Shown in pieces: positions 1 to 14,000 of a stretch of 64,000 bases of DNA. The position numbers and the translations under genes are program-made. The stretch is from NCBI RefSeq assembly GCF_009914755.1, contig NC_060948.1; one strand, written 5' to 3'. The notes beneath the pieces were generated by a model that worked only from the letters and a program-made list of their open reading frames with translations, was not told where the DNA came from and did not search any database. Source of the stretch: the human T2T-CHM13v2.0 reference genome, Homo sapiens. Positions within the stretch are counted from its first letter, which is position 1; every line of letters begins with the position of its first letter.

Positions 1-82
1 AGGTTTGTTTTCTTTAAAATCAGCCTGTCCTTGACTGCCAAGCCACCTTTTGTTTTTCTTTCCTCTTCCTTCATTTCTTACA
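1..82 (+). mobile_element. 3' end of the 5' LTR of an ERV1 provirus (MER66/LTR19-like, HERV-F related)
   Basis: Ends in ...TTCTTACA directly before a primer-binding site; aligns by eye with 8521-8603, the end of the 3' LTR. Confidence 0.8.
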
Positions 83-84
83 TT

Positions 85-102
85 TGGTGCCAAAACCTGT
101 GA
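85..102 (+). promoter_or_regulatory. Retroviral primer-binding site, tRNA-Phe type
   Basis: TGGTGCCAAAACCTGTGA resembles TGGTGCCGAAACCCGGGA, the complement of the tRNA-Phe 3' end; lies 2 nt after the LTR-terminal CA. Confidence 0.75.
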
Positions 103-392
103 CTGGTGTTGGGAGAAGAGGCTGTCTTGCAACCCAGGAAGCAGTGGGCAATGGCAGCTCATCCTGAGTTAACTCCTGTATCCTAAAAGCCTCTGGCCAC
201 ACGCCCAATCTTATCTCTCACTTCACTTTTCAAGTAATTTGTGTGAGCAGGACAACTAACTTGAAGGGGCTGTGAGGCTCAGGCTGAGGCTACTCCCCAT
301 GGGCTCTAAAACACTCAGGTCTCGGGAATCCACCTCTGACCACCTGCATTGGGTATTTTGCTCGCTAACCCTCCCTTGCCCCCTCTTTCTCC

Positions 393-396
<4 letters not shown>

Positions 397-443
<47 letters not shown>
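397..443. repeat. (TC)n microsatellite
   Basis: Visible TC run. Confidence 0.95.
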
Positions 444-446
<3 letters not shown>

Positions 447-755
447 TCAAATGGCTACAGTATGGGAGGCCCTTTGCCAATTCCAGCCAGAACATCCAAC
501 ATCAGATACTATTTCAGATGACCGGTGAGATCTGCCTTCTCCTGGCTTTCTCTCTGTACCGGAGAAAGTCTGGCCTGCTGTCCAGGTCCTGGGAGGTCCA
601 ATCGGACTAATGGGGCTGGGCTAGAGGAAATATTGGTACACAGCTCCTTCTCAGGTTAACGGTCCTCTTTTGGAAAGAGGATTCTGGGTCTCTGTCTTTT
701 ATCTGGGGATGCCTAGAACAAAACAGACACCACCAGCTTCCTCTTAGCAGTCCAC

Positions 756-960
756 ATGGGTGCCAAACAATTTCACGTCCCTACATCCTTCCCACTGGAC
801 TGCAGTATTAGCAACCAAGGCAAACTTGGCTTATGGCAGACCTTAATGCCAAAGCATTTAATTTTCTCCTGCAACATGGCCTTAACAACTTTACTACCAG
901 AAATGGCAAATGACAAGAGATGTCCCCATATTCAGGCTTTCTTCTATCATCAATCCCACC
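756..960 (+). pseudogene. ERV gag matrix remnant
   Basis: MGAKQFHVPTSFPLDCSISNQGKLGLWQTLMPKHLIFSCNMA matches the gammaretroviral MA pattern MG...P.SPL.C....W......L....LIFFCN.AW. Confidence 0.65.
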
Positions 961-2186
961 CCTCCTCCTCCTCTACCTGTTCAAAAACTACTCTAACTGG
1001 TTAAACCTTCTCTGCCATTCTCCCTCTCTGGAAAGTGGCTAGGGTTAAAGGCAGTCCTTGCATTCATGCCCCCTTCTCCATGTCTAATTTGTGGCAAATT
1101 GAACAGCTTCTGGAACTTTTCTCGAAAAATCACTCTCATTATTGCAGGAAATTCCTGCACATAACCCAGTCTCTTAACTTGGCAGAACATTTACATAATT
1201 CTAATCTCCACCCTTACCTTTAATAAAAAACAGTGCTCAGCTTAATTAAAATGGATATCAAAGCTATAAGTATATTCAAAAGGGTTTTATGTTTTTCTCT
1301 TCATAAATCTTGTTTTCCTGAAAAAAGTTTTATCTCAGTCAAAATTACTTCTCTTCACTCTGTCTTGCAACTCTTGCTGCATGCATAAAAGACCCCAGTC
1401 TGGTGGCCTAGAACTCCCTAGAAAGATAGAAAACTTGCCAGAAATCCATCTTGAAAAAAATAACTCTTTTCCTTATGGAACCCCTGGAATTAAAGGTGAA
1501 GAAGTACCTCTCAAAAATCTTTATTTGTCTTCCAGCTATGCTTGTTTATTAGGCCCTAAAATTTGTTTACCTAGCCCTGCTCTTAAAGGGCCTCACCCAG
1601 AGGCCAATAATCTAATCTGGAAATTAGCAAATGGAAATTGTATGACTATTGAATCTTCTTCTGGTTGCCTGTGAGGCTATATATGTCTTACATATGTTAT
1701 GTCTATTAAAAAGAACTCTAATGAATTAATTGTCCTAAGAAAAGAAAGTGCTTAAATCAAATATTTTTAAGGAAAATGCTAAGCAAAGTAACACTGTGTA
1801 TACTGCCATTTTACTTTATTCTTCTGTTGAAGCAAAATTGTGAGGTCTCATTATGTGCGTGTGCTTTTGCTAGATGTCCCAGTTGGCTGTGCTGAGATGT
1901 ACCAGTACTGTTTATGGTGTAAGTTTAAATTCTTAAGTATTTTCTCCTACCATTGTATTCCAAAACACACTAAGCTGTATTGCACAGTTCAAAATTTCGT
2001 TACTTAAGGGATCCATCTAGGCATTGTTCTTGGTCTTAAATTGAATAGCAAACACAGGACATGTCTGTTATCAGTATCTTAATTTTCAAAGGCTGTCCTT
2101 TGACATTTTAAACCATGACAACAGCTATTCACATTTGATGTTTATAAAAACAACATCTTTATTAATTTTATTATCAAGTATCATAA

Positions 2187-2509
<323 letters not shown>

Positions 2510-4065
2510 CAAAATAAGTTTATATCAAATCCGGCTTCCAGAAATGGTAGTAGTTAAGCACATCAATTTACCATGTAAATCATTCACTTGTACCAATGGG
2601 GAAAATTTATTGTTATTGTGCTTCACAGTGAAAACAAGAATAATCTTTCATTTTTAAAAATTAATTTAGGAAAGATTACATAACTTGGCCCTTTAGTATG
2701 TATACAGTAGCACTAGTTTATACACTACTTTTGCCACTGGGGAGTTTCAGTTAAAACATCCCTCAGTCATATAGCTATGGAATGCATCTTCCATTTATAA
2801 TTTCTGCACTAATAATTAGTTTGGATCAAAGTTATTTTTATATATACTACAAAACAAAAGCAAACTAGTCCACCTTAAATTTTTATGTTTAGAATTTTCT
2901 ATATGTAAATCATTCAGATTAGTATCTATGTAGGTTCAGTCAAATCCAACCACGGATTTGAGTTATTATACTATATAACCCTGTAAGATACATAGAAATG
3001 TTGTTACTTTGCCTTTATAACAGAACCAAAGTGTCTGTTTCAATTTATAAATTCAGCATTTGAGTAACTTTGATTCCCAAAATTAGGAGAAAATAACAAA
3101 ATAATGAGAAGGAGGAACCAGGCCTTAGTGCCACATATAGTGGTTGTAAGGTAGAGTCTCCTTCTTTCCAGAATGCTTTATTGTATTTTACTTATTATAT
3201 ATATTATATATATAATATAGTATATATAATATACTATAGTATATTATATAGACCTGACTGTCTGTGTCAAAGTATAATTCGCATGCTGAAGTTCTAGCTT
3301 AAAGTGGCAAAAGAAAGTTGTCTTCATTAAATATATTCATGACTTTAACAAGATAATAAGGGAACAATATTTAGGATTCAAGCTCAATAAGAATACTCTT
3401 TCAATGAACATGTCCCTAAGATAACCAGAATTAGCAGTTAATTTATGCATCTGGAAAACTTCAGTTCCCACCAGTAAAAATAGTCTGAGTGGCTAGTGCA
3501 CTTTGAGAAAATTCTGGCATACTAAATAAATAATGTACATGTGGGACCCAGGAGCTGGGTAAGCCTGCCTTTAGACAACTCTGTGACTACAAAAACAAAG
3601 CCAGCACTTTTGGAACTGATAAGGCTGTACTTAATCAGTATCATAAAGAGCATTGCACAGCTGAACTTTGCTTCCACTGGTTCAGTGGTTACTTATTTCT
3701 ACCTAAGCACTCAGTCTTTACTAAAAAAAAAAATAAAATAAAAGATTTATATTTGAGAGCTACTTCACTTAAATTACAAAATCAGTCAATGTTTTTAGTT
3801 CCAAGTTACAGTAAAGAAAAAAATGCATTGTTCCCTTCAGAGACTTGTCTGGGTGTTTTAGTTATGCATAAGTAATTCTAGCAAAGGAAGGGTAGAAAAG
3901 AGATGAAAATTAATTTACATACTTGCTACTTGGGAATAAAGGGCTTTTTGAGGGGGGTTATGGATATTAAATGATTTAATTGTATTCTTATCCCTATCAA
4001 TACAGGCAGTAGTTTTCTTTGAGTATGCTTAAATAACTGTATTTCTAAAATCTAAGAAGTTCCAA

Positions 4066-4692
4066 TGAGGCAGGAAATTAAAGAAAAATAAAATTAAAAA
4101 GAAAGAGAAATAAGTTTTCCTGTATTAGTCTGACTTGTCCCAGAGGCAGCAACAGGCACAGCCCAGACCCAGGAAAAGTCTTGATAATATAATCTAATGT
4201 GTACCGCAGACTCTTCCAGCACACCCTCAACGCAGGGAGAAGAAAAACAAATTTTCCTTTGTTTCATGGAATGAGTTTGTAGATTGTTGTTCTCTGTAAC
4301 TAGTGACTTCAAGTACTCTGTTTTATCTAAGAAGTACAATGAAGGTCATGAGAAACCTGTGTAGGCTTGAACTATAGCTGCGTGGGCACTATAGTGAAGG
4401 TTATAGGATAAGCCCGTGCCCAGACAAATCTAGGTAACAGACATCTGGGTTGCCTTGGCAATGGTCATGTGCAATACTGTCTTTGCCCTGCCTCTGTATC
4501 CCTGCTTTCATGCCACCATAAGCTTGCTTTAAGCTAGCCCACCCCCTTTCGTGAAGTGTATATAAAAATCAGATTCTGTCTTTGTTCCGGGCCCAGTCTT
4601 TTGGACATTGAGTCAGCTGGGCCTAAGTGCACGCAATAAATATTCTCTTGTTTCACCCCGAGGTCTCACTCATCCTTCTGAGTCCTGCAACA
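4066..4692 (+). mobile_element. Solo ERV1 LTR (LTR4/HERV3-like)
   Basis: TG...CA termini, TATAAAA at ~4561, AATAAA at ~4635, 4-bp TSD CCAA/CCAT. Confidence 0.8.
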
Positions 4693-4914
4693 CCATGTCA
4701 ATTACTTGACATTCCTGGTCCGCAATACCACAGGCCACTCTTCACATCACGTGCTTGCCTGGATGAAGCTCCTCATTTCAAACAGTGTATATATTTCTGT
4801 GTGGTTTATTATAGTAAGGCCAGAACATATGGAAGTAACCATGCCCCTAACTATGCTGGAAGAAGTCAAGCTTCACCTGCATCTAGCACATAATTCAAAA
4901 AGAAATGAAAATAT

Positions 4915-5238
<324 letters not shown>

Positions 5239-7022
5239 TTACATTAAAGTTAAAAATTGCTAAAAATTACCGTTATAACAGGTAATTAAAACTGCTAAAC
5301 ATGGATTTGCATAAAAGTGTATAAAAATGGTAAAAAGTGGTTTTAGTTAAAAATTATAAGGCATAACTATGTATTTTGCTTAAGAATAAAAAAGTTGTCT
5401 TAAAGTTAAATAAAATAAAGTCGACTGTTTAAGAAAATTGTGAAAACATTGTAAATTATAATCCTATAAAGAAAACTCTGTGTGTAAACATATTAACTAA
5501 TCTCGAAAGGGTAGAACGTCTGGAAAAAATGGTAAGCATGATTATTTAACATGTTTAGGTACATAAAATTGCCAAAATAGTGTCTGATAGGTTATATTTT
5601 AGGGTATAATATTATAACATGTTCCAAAGCTGTATGCCATGTCTAAGGTTCTAGTGTCTAAATATGTGTTATTAATCACAATTAAAGTTGTTATGCTGGG
5701 TTATTGTGAACCACAATGACCAAATTTCTTTGTCAACTATGTTTCTGACTGTATCCAAACTGGACATTTTGGTATTTACAGACAATGGTTACTTTGTTTA
5801 AATTCTCTTCAAAAGATGGTTTATTACCAAGCTGTAAAACTTTAACAGTTGCTCTCAAAGGAGGGTTTTCACAACAACAACAACAAACAACAACAGAACT
5901 ACAGAAGACATGAAAAGCTAAAATGGTTATAAATATCAACCAAAACAAAATGGATTAAAGTAACAAAAAACACAAACAAGTTTTTATCCTTTTGCTTAGA
6001 ACACTGCTAATCTGTGTCTTATGTTTCAGAGTTAAGAAAACTTGCCTTAAGCTAGCTACAGCCTTTAACAACTAAGTAAAGCATATTTCTGTAAATGGAA
6101 ATTAAAATTGGTTTGCTTCTCTCTCCCTAGTTCCTCTATAATTTGAAAACTAGTTATAAGTATTCTTAAACTACAGCAATATTGTTGTTTGCATCAGTGC
6201 AATAAGAATGTATTTTCTTTTGTAAGAAAACACAGTTGGAAAAGATGGTTATTTTACCAAGGCTTTGACAGGAATGGTATGCTCTCCTTTAGTGAATAAA
6301 ACTTAACTTATGAAGCCAATAAAGCCCTTGGAAAACTGGTCTCATATTTTGTGTACACAGTCCTTGTATAAGGTTTCTGATCTGTGGTAAGTATAGAATG
6401 TCACTTTCTGACAGGCCAGGAAATGCATGTTATCTTAAAACCTCAAGAGGAGAGGAATTCACCCAACTCATAGGTATTTAATGATAGAAATCCATGGCTG
6501 GGCTGGGCCTTAAAAAGTCTCATCTCAAATTCCTTCTATAACACAAAATTCCATCAAAGCTGACTTAAAAGTCATGTGTAGCAAATACTTATTTTTGCTG
6601 CACTGTATAAAACTAATTAAGCCAAGTATAATAAAGGAAAGCTGTCCTACCATGATTTTTCTTTTAATAAAAATGGGAAATTGAAGAGAGAAAATTATGT
6701 TTCAAAAACTATAGCGCACCTGTTGCTAAATTCTAGTCTGCCTAATGTTTTTCAATTTTTATTATTTTCTACAGTTTAAATTATATTCATTACAGAAATC
6801 AACTCCTAGATACTACACACTCAAGTCAAAGCTGAAAGAGCTGAGAAAGCAGCTCCTAGCAGCCCATTAAAAACATCCTAAATATCAACGTAAAAAAAAG
6901 AAATTTTAAGCTGAAAATAATAAAATATAAGTAATTAAGTGAAAATTACTCATCTTAGTCCCAACGCTACTTTACCAAGTACTTTTTATCAATCCTACCT
7001 GTCCTTTAAGCCAGATATTAAC

Positions 7023-7083
7023 TTTTTTTTTTTTTTTTTTTTTTTGAGATGGAGCCTCGCTCTGTCACCCAGGCTGGAGTGCA
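7023..7083 (-). mobile_element. Severely truncated Alu (poly-A tail plus ~37 nt)
   Basis: T-run followed by GAGATGGAGCCTCGCTCTGTCACCCAGGCTGGAGTGCA, then Alu similarity stops. Confidence 0.85.
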
Positions 7084-7242
7084 TGTTGTACTATGTGCAG
7101 TAGGAATATATACTGTAGTACCCTAAGGGTGAAATATCAAACAAAGAATCTCAATTACTGTAGCATTTTGTTTAATTATTATCATCATAGCAAATCTAAC
7201 AGTTACTAATAAAACAATAACACATGGGTCTTTCCAAACATG

Positions 7243-7500
7243 TTCCTCTGCGTGTCATTGGGAAAGAAATGTTGCTTTTGTCTCAACCAATCAGGCCTAA
7301 TATGAAACACTGCTGAAAAACCTAGGACTAATGTTCTTACCCTGCCTCAGTAACCTTTTCCAAAACCTTTTAACCAACAGAATCATGGCCATTTCACAGA
7401 CAGCTACCCAAAAATATCTATGGACAGTGTTGCTCCTGCAGTCCATCCAAGATCAAAAAAACTTTCTGCACCCACCCCTGCATCAGCAGGAAGTAGCCAG
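7243..7500 (+). pseudogene. ERV env transmembrane-subunit remnant
   Basis: FLCVSLGKKCCFCLNQSGLI* contains the CX6CC motif (first Cys at 7249); followed by the tail-like PCLSNLFQNLLTNRIMAISQ; membrane anchor appears deleted. Confidence 0.7.
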
Positions 7501-7546
7501 AAGGAACATGTTGCCTCTTGTTCTTTTGTAACTAAAGGGTCTGGAA

Positions 7547-8603
7547 TGACAGAACAAGGGCACCATCATCTTGGACAAACACTGCCAACTGAAGATCAGC
7601 TTCCTTTCTAACCTCATGCATTTCAAAGAAATCACTTGTCTTCTGACAACTAGCAGCCAGAAAGAGCAGACACTAAAACACAGAAAAGACAGCTGGGGTA
7701 CAGAGGGAGGTGGAGAGGAAGTCTCTTGGGTAATTGCCAAACTTCACCTTCATAAAGCAGACGTCAGTAAAACAGTGGGCCTTAATAAGCACATTGCTTT
7801 CCCTTCAGATGCACTAACATAGGGAAGCTAAAAGCAGTCGCTGGGGGTATGTCTGCAGCTTCAGGAATATATCTGGAAACAGACACACAACCCTACCCCC
7901 TGAAACAGGAATTAAAAGAAATTAAAGAATGTGTAGGCAAAAACTCAGTTGTAGGTAAGATAACCCAATTCTCCCTGAGGAAGAGAAAGAGCTGAAGTCC
8001 TTCAAAATTTAACTGCCTGTTTTTCTGGTGGCTAGTGAGCCTTATCTCTCCCTTTCCCAGGCATTGTGAAGAACCTGTTTTTCTAGCTGTGCAGCTGCAA
8101 GGTCACAAGGCAGATAAACTCAAGGCATAAAACATGTTTTTCCTTGAAACGTAAGAAACGATGTCATGCATGTCTCAACTGAATAACTGCCTTTGTTTCT
8201 CACTTCTGTAATATGCTTCCCCCCTGCACAGATCTACCCCCACCCCACAAAATGCTTAAAAGGCAACTGGACTCTTTGTTTGGGGCTCTGTCCTTTTGGA
8301 TGTTAATCTGACTGGGTGGATGCACCTAAATAATAAGTATTCTCCTCAACCTCTCTGTCTCTCTGATTCCTAAATTATCCTGCTGCACTCACAGATAAGC
8401 ACAACAAAGAGACACAGAAGCAGTCCAAGCCTCTGACAAACTCTCCTGTCCTGAATCCTTAAAAAGTCTTAACCTATAAGAGAGTGTGGCTCAGACTCAA
8501 CTAGGCCAGAAGCCCCTATCAGGTTTGTTTTCTAAAACAAATCTCTCCTTATTGACTCTCAAGCTACCCTTTGTGTTTCTCTCCTCTTTCTTTAGTTCTT
8601 ACA
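7547..8603 (+). mobile_element. 3' LTR of the provirus (MER66-like), interrupted by a nested LTR
   Basis: Starts TGACAGAACAAGGGCACCATCATCTTGGACAAAC after a purine-rich tract; ends TTCTTACA, matching 1-82. Confidence 0.8.
7901..8387 (+). mobile_element. Solo ERV1 LTR (LTR15-like) nested in the 3' LTR
   Basis: TGAAACAGGAATTAAAAG...GCTGCA termini; host LTR resumes at CAGATAAGCACAAC. Confidence 0.75.
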
Positions 8604-8699
8604 ATTATGGTCTTCACAGTATTGTCAAAAGTGTAAATAATTTAGGGACATAAAGAAATGTGCATGTCATGAAAACTCCTGGTAGATCCACATACTTCC

Positions 8700-9520
8700 A
8701 TTCATTAGACTATTTATCTAGTAGTTATTTATTAAGCACTGGTTATTCAGGCACTATACGTTAATAGTTCCAAGCATAAAATGGTGAATAAGGTAAGAAT
8801 AACCTTTGATCTCTGTGTTTTCTATACTATCAGAAAACAATGAACAAGCACATTAATGCATAAAATAATTTCAGATTTTCTTAAGCACTGTGAGAAAAGT
8901 AACCAAGGTGCTGTGTGAGAAATAATTTGCTTGAGAGAGTGGAAGGTCATCTCCTAAGTCCTTCAACCAGAAGCTTAGGAAATTCCTCTTTGGGGGTAAC
9001 TCTACAGTCTAGACCTAAAAGATGGGAAGAAACCGGGTGTGCAGATTCAGAAAAATAGAATTAGAAAAAAGACCCTAAAGGGAGGAGCATTGATTTAATA
9101 TGTCTTTTTAGGGTACAGTGAACCTGGGAGAAGCAGGTTGAGGTGACGTTGAAAGATAGAGGAGGAGGGGAAGCCAGACCCTTCAAGTTTGGGTAGGAAG
9201 TTTGTATTTTATTCTAAGTGAAAAGGAAACATTTTTTAATAGTTTCAAGAAATTTTTGACATAGCCCCACTTAGGTCTACATAAAACTAGGTATTGTATG
9301 AGAAAAAATATCTGTGGACTAGTAAACCAATATATTATTTGCCCTAGTTTCTACAAACACTAGTTTGTAGAAGCCTGAGCTTGTACTATGAAGATCCTAG
9401 CCTATCTGACACAAATTGTAGATAATTAACATTAGCCAAAGTGCAGAGAAGGCACAAAAAGGGAAGGGATTTTGGGTAGACAGAGAAGAAATTAAATGAA
9501 AATTTTTATGGACAAGTGAG
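8700..9520 (-). mobile_element. L2 LINE fragment(s)
   Basis: TTATTTATTAAGCACT...CAGGCACT motif of the L2 3' end and L2-like purine-rich body. Confidence 0.55.
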
Positions 9521-9564
9521 GTCTGGGAAGAAGGAAACCACGGTGGAGAAGAAAGCAAAAAGTA

Positions 9565-9860
9565 GGCCAGGTGCAGTGGCTCATGCCTATAATCCCAACA
9601 TAATATGACGCTGAGGTGGGTAGAGCACCTAAGGTTGGGAGTTCGAGACCAGCCTGTCCAACATGGAGAAACCCCATATCTACTAAAAACACAAAATTAG
9701 CCAGGCTTTGCGGTGCATGCCTGTAATCCTAGATAACTCCAGAGACTGAGGCAGGAGAATCACTTGAACCCAGGAAGCAGAGGTTGCGGTGAGCCGAGAT
9801 TGCCCCATTGTACTCCAGCCTGGGCAACAAGAGCAAAACACACAAAAAGAAAGAAAAAGT
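9565..9860 (+). mobile_element. AluS-like SINE
   Basis: Dimer with A-rich tail. Confidence 0.95.
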
Positions 9861-10924
9861 AAAAAATAGTAAAACATAAGGAGCATAGGTTTTTCCTGCT
9901 CTTCTGAAATCCCAGAGTCAGAGGTGTGGAGTTAAAGGGAAATTTTGCCCACTTGTGATTTGATCTCTGAAAAAGAACTTCACTATGTCGTGTTTGTGGC
10001 AACATAGGTCACCTATGGCACAGAAAAAGTAAAATGAAGATACGGCATTGTTAAGGAGAGAGCGAATGCTGAGAGAAGTTTCAGAGATGCCCTTATGTAG
10101 GGGGCCAAGGATAGGACTCTGATGTGCCCCCGTGTCTCCTGGAAGAGATGGAAGATAACTCAGCACAGTGCTAGGAGGCATTCGCGGGGCTACACTGACA
10201 AGAGATAAGGTAGTCATGGTGCTAAAGCCATCACATAAACAGTCTCATTGGGCATCTAATAGAGGGTTTATTTATTTATTTACTTTCAAATTTTTGAAAA
10301 TAGAAGAGCACAACTAACTCCTGAATTATCCAATACAACAAGTCACAAATTTATGCTGTTACTCAGAATAGAGCACGAGAATCTCAGAATGATCCAGAAA
10401 TCCTACAGTGAAGATCTGGGTGAAACCAGGGACCCAAAGGTCACGCCAGGAGTCCCCATCTCTTTTCCATTTTGCAAGGGCAAGTGTTCCACTTGTGCCC
10501 CTCCTCACATTCTCATTTGGTACTTTGGGACTTATAAGTGGCACCCTGTAAAACAAAGCTCTTACCTGAAAAAAAAATTACACAATAGTGTTAGATACTA
10601 TTAATTAGCCACTTAAAACCACCACCACAAATTAGTCAGGGTCAGGGCTTGTAAGGAAGATTAGGTTGATAAGACACAACCAAAAACTTTCAAGTACTGC
10701 TACATCACAGTTGTTCTATGTGTAAATTTGTAGCACTACCACAACACTTAGATTTAATGTCCTTCCATCTATTTCAGTTCATTCACCCTTCATATGTAAT
10801 TGGTATGATTTTAAAAATAAATACTTAAGATATGTGTACTGCTTTCAATAAAGGAATCTAAAATGAAATGTATTCTGATCCAGAGTAAAAAATTTTATGT
10901 TTTGTGGCTGATGCTGTCTCTGCT

Positions 10925-11295
10925 GCCAACTGGCTCTGTAACCTCTGCCAAGTCATTTAATATCTCTGGGCATCCATTTTCTCCAGAAAATGAGGAGACT
11001 CGACTAAATTATTGCTGAGGTCTATTTTGATTTCTGAAGTCTTTCATTCATGGGAGTGCTAAAATAAGGACTGCTGAAACAATCATTATTAGATTGGCAT
11101 TAATCATGAAACAATGTTAATATGTGTACAACCGTTTAGTGAGTCCAGGCCACTTGCCTGGCACAAAGTCAGTCATTTTATATAGGTGATTTCTAATCAT
11201 CTAAACAACCTCATGAGAAAGTAGAAATTCAGAGAGTTTTTAATTTGCTGCATGCTACCTAGTTGGTAACTGGCATAGCCAGACTTCTAACCCAT
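10925..11295. mobile_element. MIR fragments
   Basis: CTGTAACCTCTGCCAAGTCATTTAATATCTCTG core and a reverse-strand AACAACCTCATGAG...GAAATTCAGAGAG core. Confidence 0.55.
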
Positions 11296-12089
11296 GTTTT
11301 TGTTTCTGAAGTTTCTAAATTATATATGATAATACTTATTTTCCATCTTTTTACATTGTTTTATTTGAAGATAACAGCTTCCAAGCATGTGAGAATCTTA
11401 TGCGTCATTCAAGCTCCCCATTCTCTCTGAAGCTATTTTTATAGCATTGAGGTAAAGCAATCTATGTCCTGAACTCAAGAAGAACTCACTTAGATCATTC
11501 ATTTAGCACTTATTTTCAAAGCTAACACATTTTTCTAATCTCTTGTAACTATCGCCTGTTTCTTTCCAACAAAACTACAAATGCTCTGAAGGAATGTCAA
11601 GAAAGGCTTGGGAGGGGTGTGGTATCAATAGGGCTGGAACTCAAGCGAAGAGAGTAAGGTGCCTGCTGTCAAAACTTCAGGAGGTCTCACTATCAGGACC
11701 TCACCAGTGCTGGGTCAGCTCAGCTCGTTCCTGGCCCTAGACAGCCCATAGCAGCTGGTGGATGGCTAGCTCACTGAGAAAGTCTGAATGAAGTTCAGCA
11801 ACCTTAGTTCTTGGCTGTGACGCCCACTCCTTTGGCTGCCCAGAGAGACCCTATGTAGTGCCTGGAAAATCAACCTGGTGAAAATAAAGCTGAAGTCCAG
11901 AAGGCAGAGTAGAGGAAAGCCAATGGAAATGCCTATCTTGGTACTATATTATTATAGTATAATGCGTCACCAAAGATCGGAAACAAAAACTCATTCAGTC
12001 ATTCCCTGGAGCTAAAAGCCCCGGTAATATAATGCTGTAAATAGAAAGATTTTTGAAGAAACTCCTTTAGATTGTTTCAGCCCTTGATC

Positions 12090-12507
12090 TATGTGGGTTA
12101 GTGCCATAGCAAAACATCACACAGTTGGTGACACTTGGTAACATTATCAAAAAAACAGAAATTTATTGTTTCAAAGTTCTGGAAGCTGGAAGTCCAAGTC
12201 AAGATATCATCAGCTTTGATTTTTTTCTGAGACCTCTGTCTTTGGCTTGCAAATGGCTGACCACCCTTTGTGTGTTTACATGGTCTTATCTCTGTGCTCA
12301 TGCATTCCTGATGTACCCTTGTGTGTCAGAATGTCCTCCTTTTATAAGGACACCAGTGAGATTGGAATAAGGCCATATCCAACTGCTTTAGTTTAACATA
12401 ATTACCTTTTTAAAGCCCCTATCACCAAATACAGTAACATTCTGATGTAACGGTGTTAGGACTTTAATACCAATGGGTGGAGGGCTTGGGAATTCAGCCC
12501 ATAATAC
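12090..12507 (-). mobile_element. MLT1 (MaLR) solo LTR
   Basis: AACAGAAATTTATT...GTTCTGGAAGCTGGAAGTCCAAG and terminal AATTCAGCCCATAATA. Confidence 0.8.
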
Positions 12508-13683
12508 CATGAGTCTGGAAAATTGTAAGCTGTCACATAGGCAGATACAGCTATAATGACCAGCAGAATACCATGCATGTTAATAAATAAGTATTGTTTA
12601 TTTATGCTTCAAGATTCAACTCTGACAACATCTAGATAAGCAATACATTTTTGTTGATTCCATATGATTCATTTAATGAATGAATAAATTTGTTTACTAT
12701 CATCAGTGGTCACCTTCATACCCTATATGAATAGCAAAAATTAAGGGTTAGAGATGTGTCTGAGATACAAGATATTAATTAACCCCATCTTTCTTATTTA
12801 AAAATTAGTATTTTAATTAAGCAATTGAACTTAAGCAATGTTACAAGTTAAGCAGATAAATCTTATTTAGCCAGATCTCTCCTTAGTAAATAAGTAGAAC
12901 TGAATATTTTCCCTCACTTTTTCTCCTCTATTAGCTTTAATCAGACCTAATTCATATACTTAAACATGGATTGGATATTTATTACTATTAATTCCTACAC
13001 TGACACTAGAGTCAATTTTGGACTGACCCTCTGCTTTCAGATTATCATAAAATACAATATATTGTATTCAGTTCAGATGCTGAAAAAGTTTCTGCATTAT
13101 AAATATTTATTTTAAGTATTTATTGCTACCGTTATGCTAATAATGGATATTTTTAATGTTTATTCATTGTAATTTTAGCATTATGCATATTCTCATCAAC
13201 CTGAATATCTGGGCCTTTCCCCTTTGCTCCTGTGCTCCAAGATCCCCTGTCTCCCTTTGTTCACATAGCAACAGAAGGAAATAGAAGAAGAGAGACAACA
13301 AAGTTCGTAGATTTTCTTGCTTTACACATTATGACCTTTTATTTTTTTATTTTTTATTTTTGCCTGGATTCTGTCTAATCAGATGTTATTTTTCCATTTG
13401 GCTCTAAAAATAAAATTGCCCATCACTCATCAATTACAACTAACAAAAATTATTGAATTGTTTTAACATGAAATTCAAATTGCATACTATACCCTTAGCT
13501 GCAGGCCAGCAACATGTGAGGTCAAACGGTGTAAGCCAAGGTGTTCAGATTTTTTTTTTTTTGGAATATTATGTATTCTTACATATTAAATTTATCTTTA
13601 CATTATCTGTTTACTTGAAATATTTGAGTAACATTATCAAATATGATTAAATAAGTATATTATTATATCAAAAGTAATTTCTT

Positions 13684-14000
13684 TTTCTTTTTTTTTTTTT
13701 TTTTTTTGAGATGGAGTCTTGCTCTGTCACCCAGGCTGGAGTGCAGTGGCGCTATCTTGTCTCACTGCAAGCTCTGTCTCCCAGGTTCCACCATTCTCCT
13801 GTCTCAGCCTCCCGAGCAGCTGGGACTACGGGTGCCCACCACCATGCCTGGCTAATATTTTTGCATTTTTAGTAGAGATGTGTTTTTAGTAGAGGCTTTC
13901 ATGGTGTTACCAGGCTGGTCTCGATCTCCTGACCTTGTGATCTGCCCGCCTCAGCCTCCCAAAGTGCTGGGATTACAGGCAAGAGCCACCACACCGGGAC
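13684..14000 (-). mobile_element. AluY-like SINE
   Basis: TSD TTATATCAAAAGTAATTTCTT / TTACATCAAATGTAATTTCTT; small internal duplication of TTTTTAGTAGAG. Confidence 0.95.

Noticed and set aside
256-610. ORFs with RERERE / LSLSLS runs
   Set aside because: Translations of the (TC)n microsatellite in the ERV leader
4700-4790. Exon-like higher-GC patch
   Set aside because: None of the frames I translated resembles a protein I recognise; covered by the unexplained-block finding
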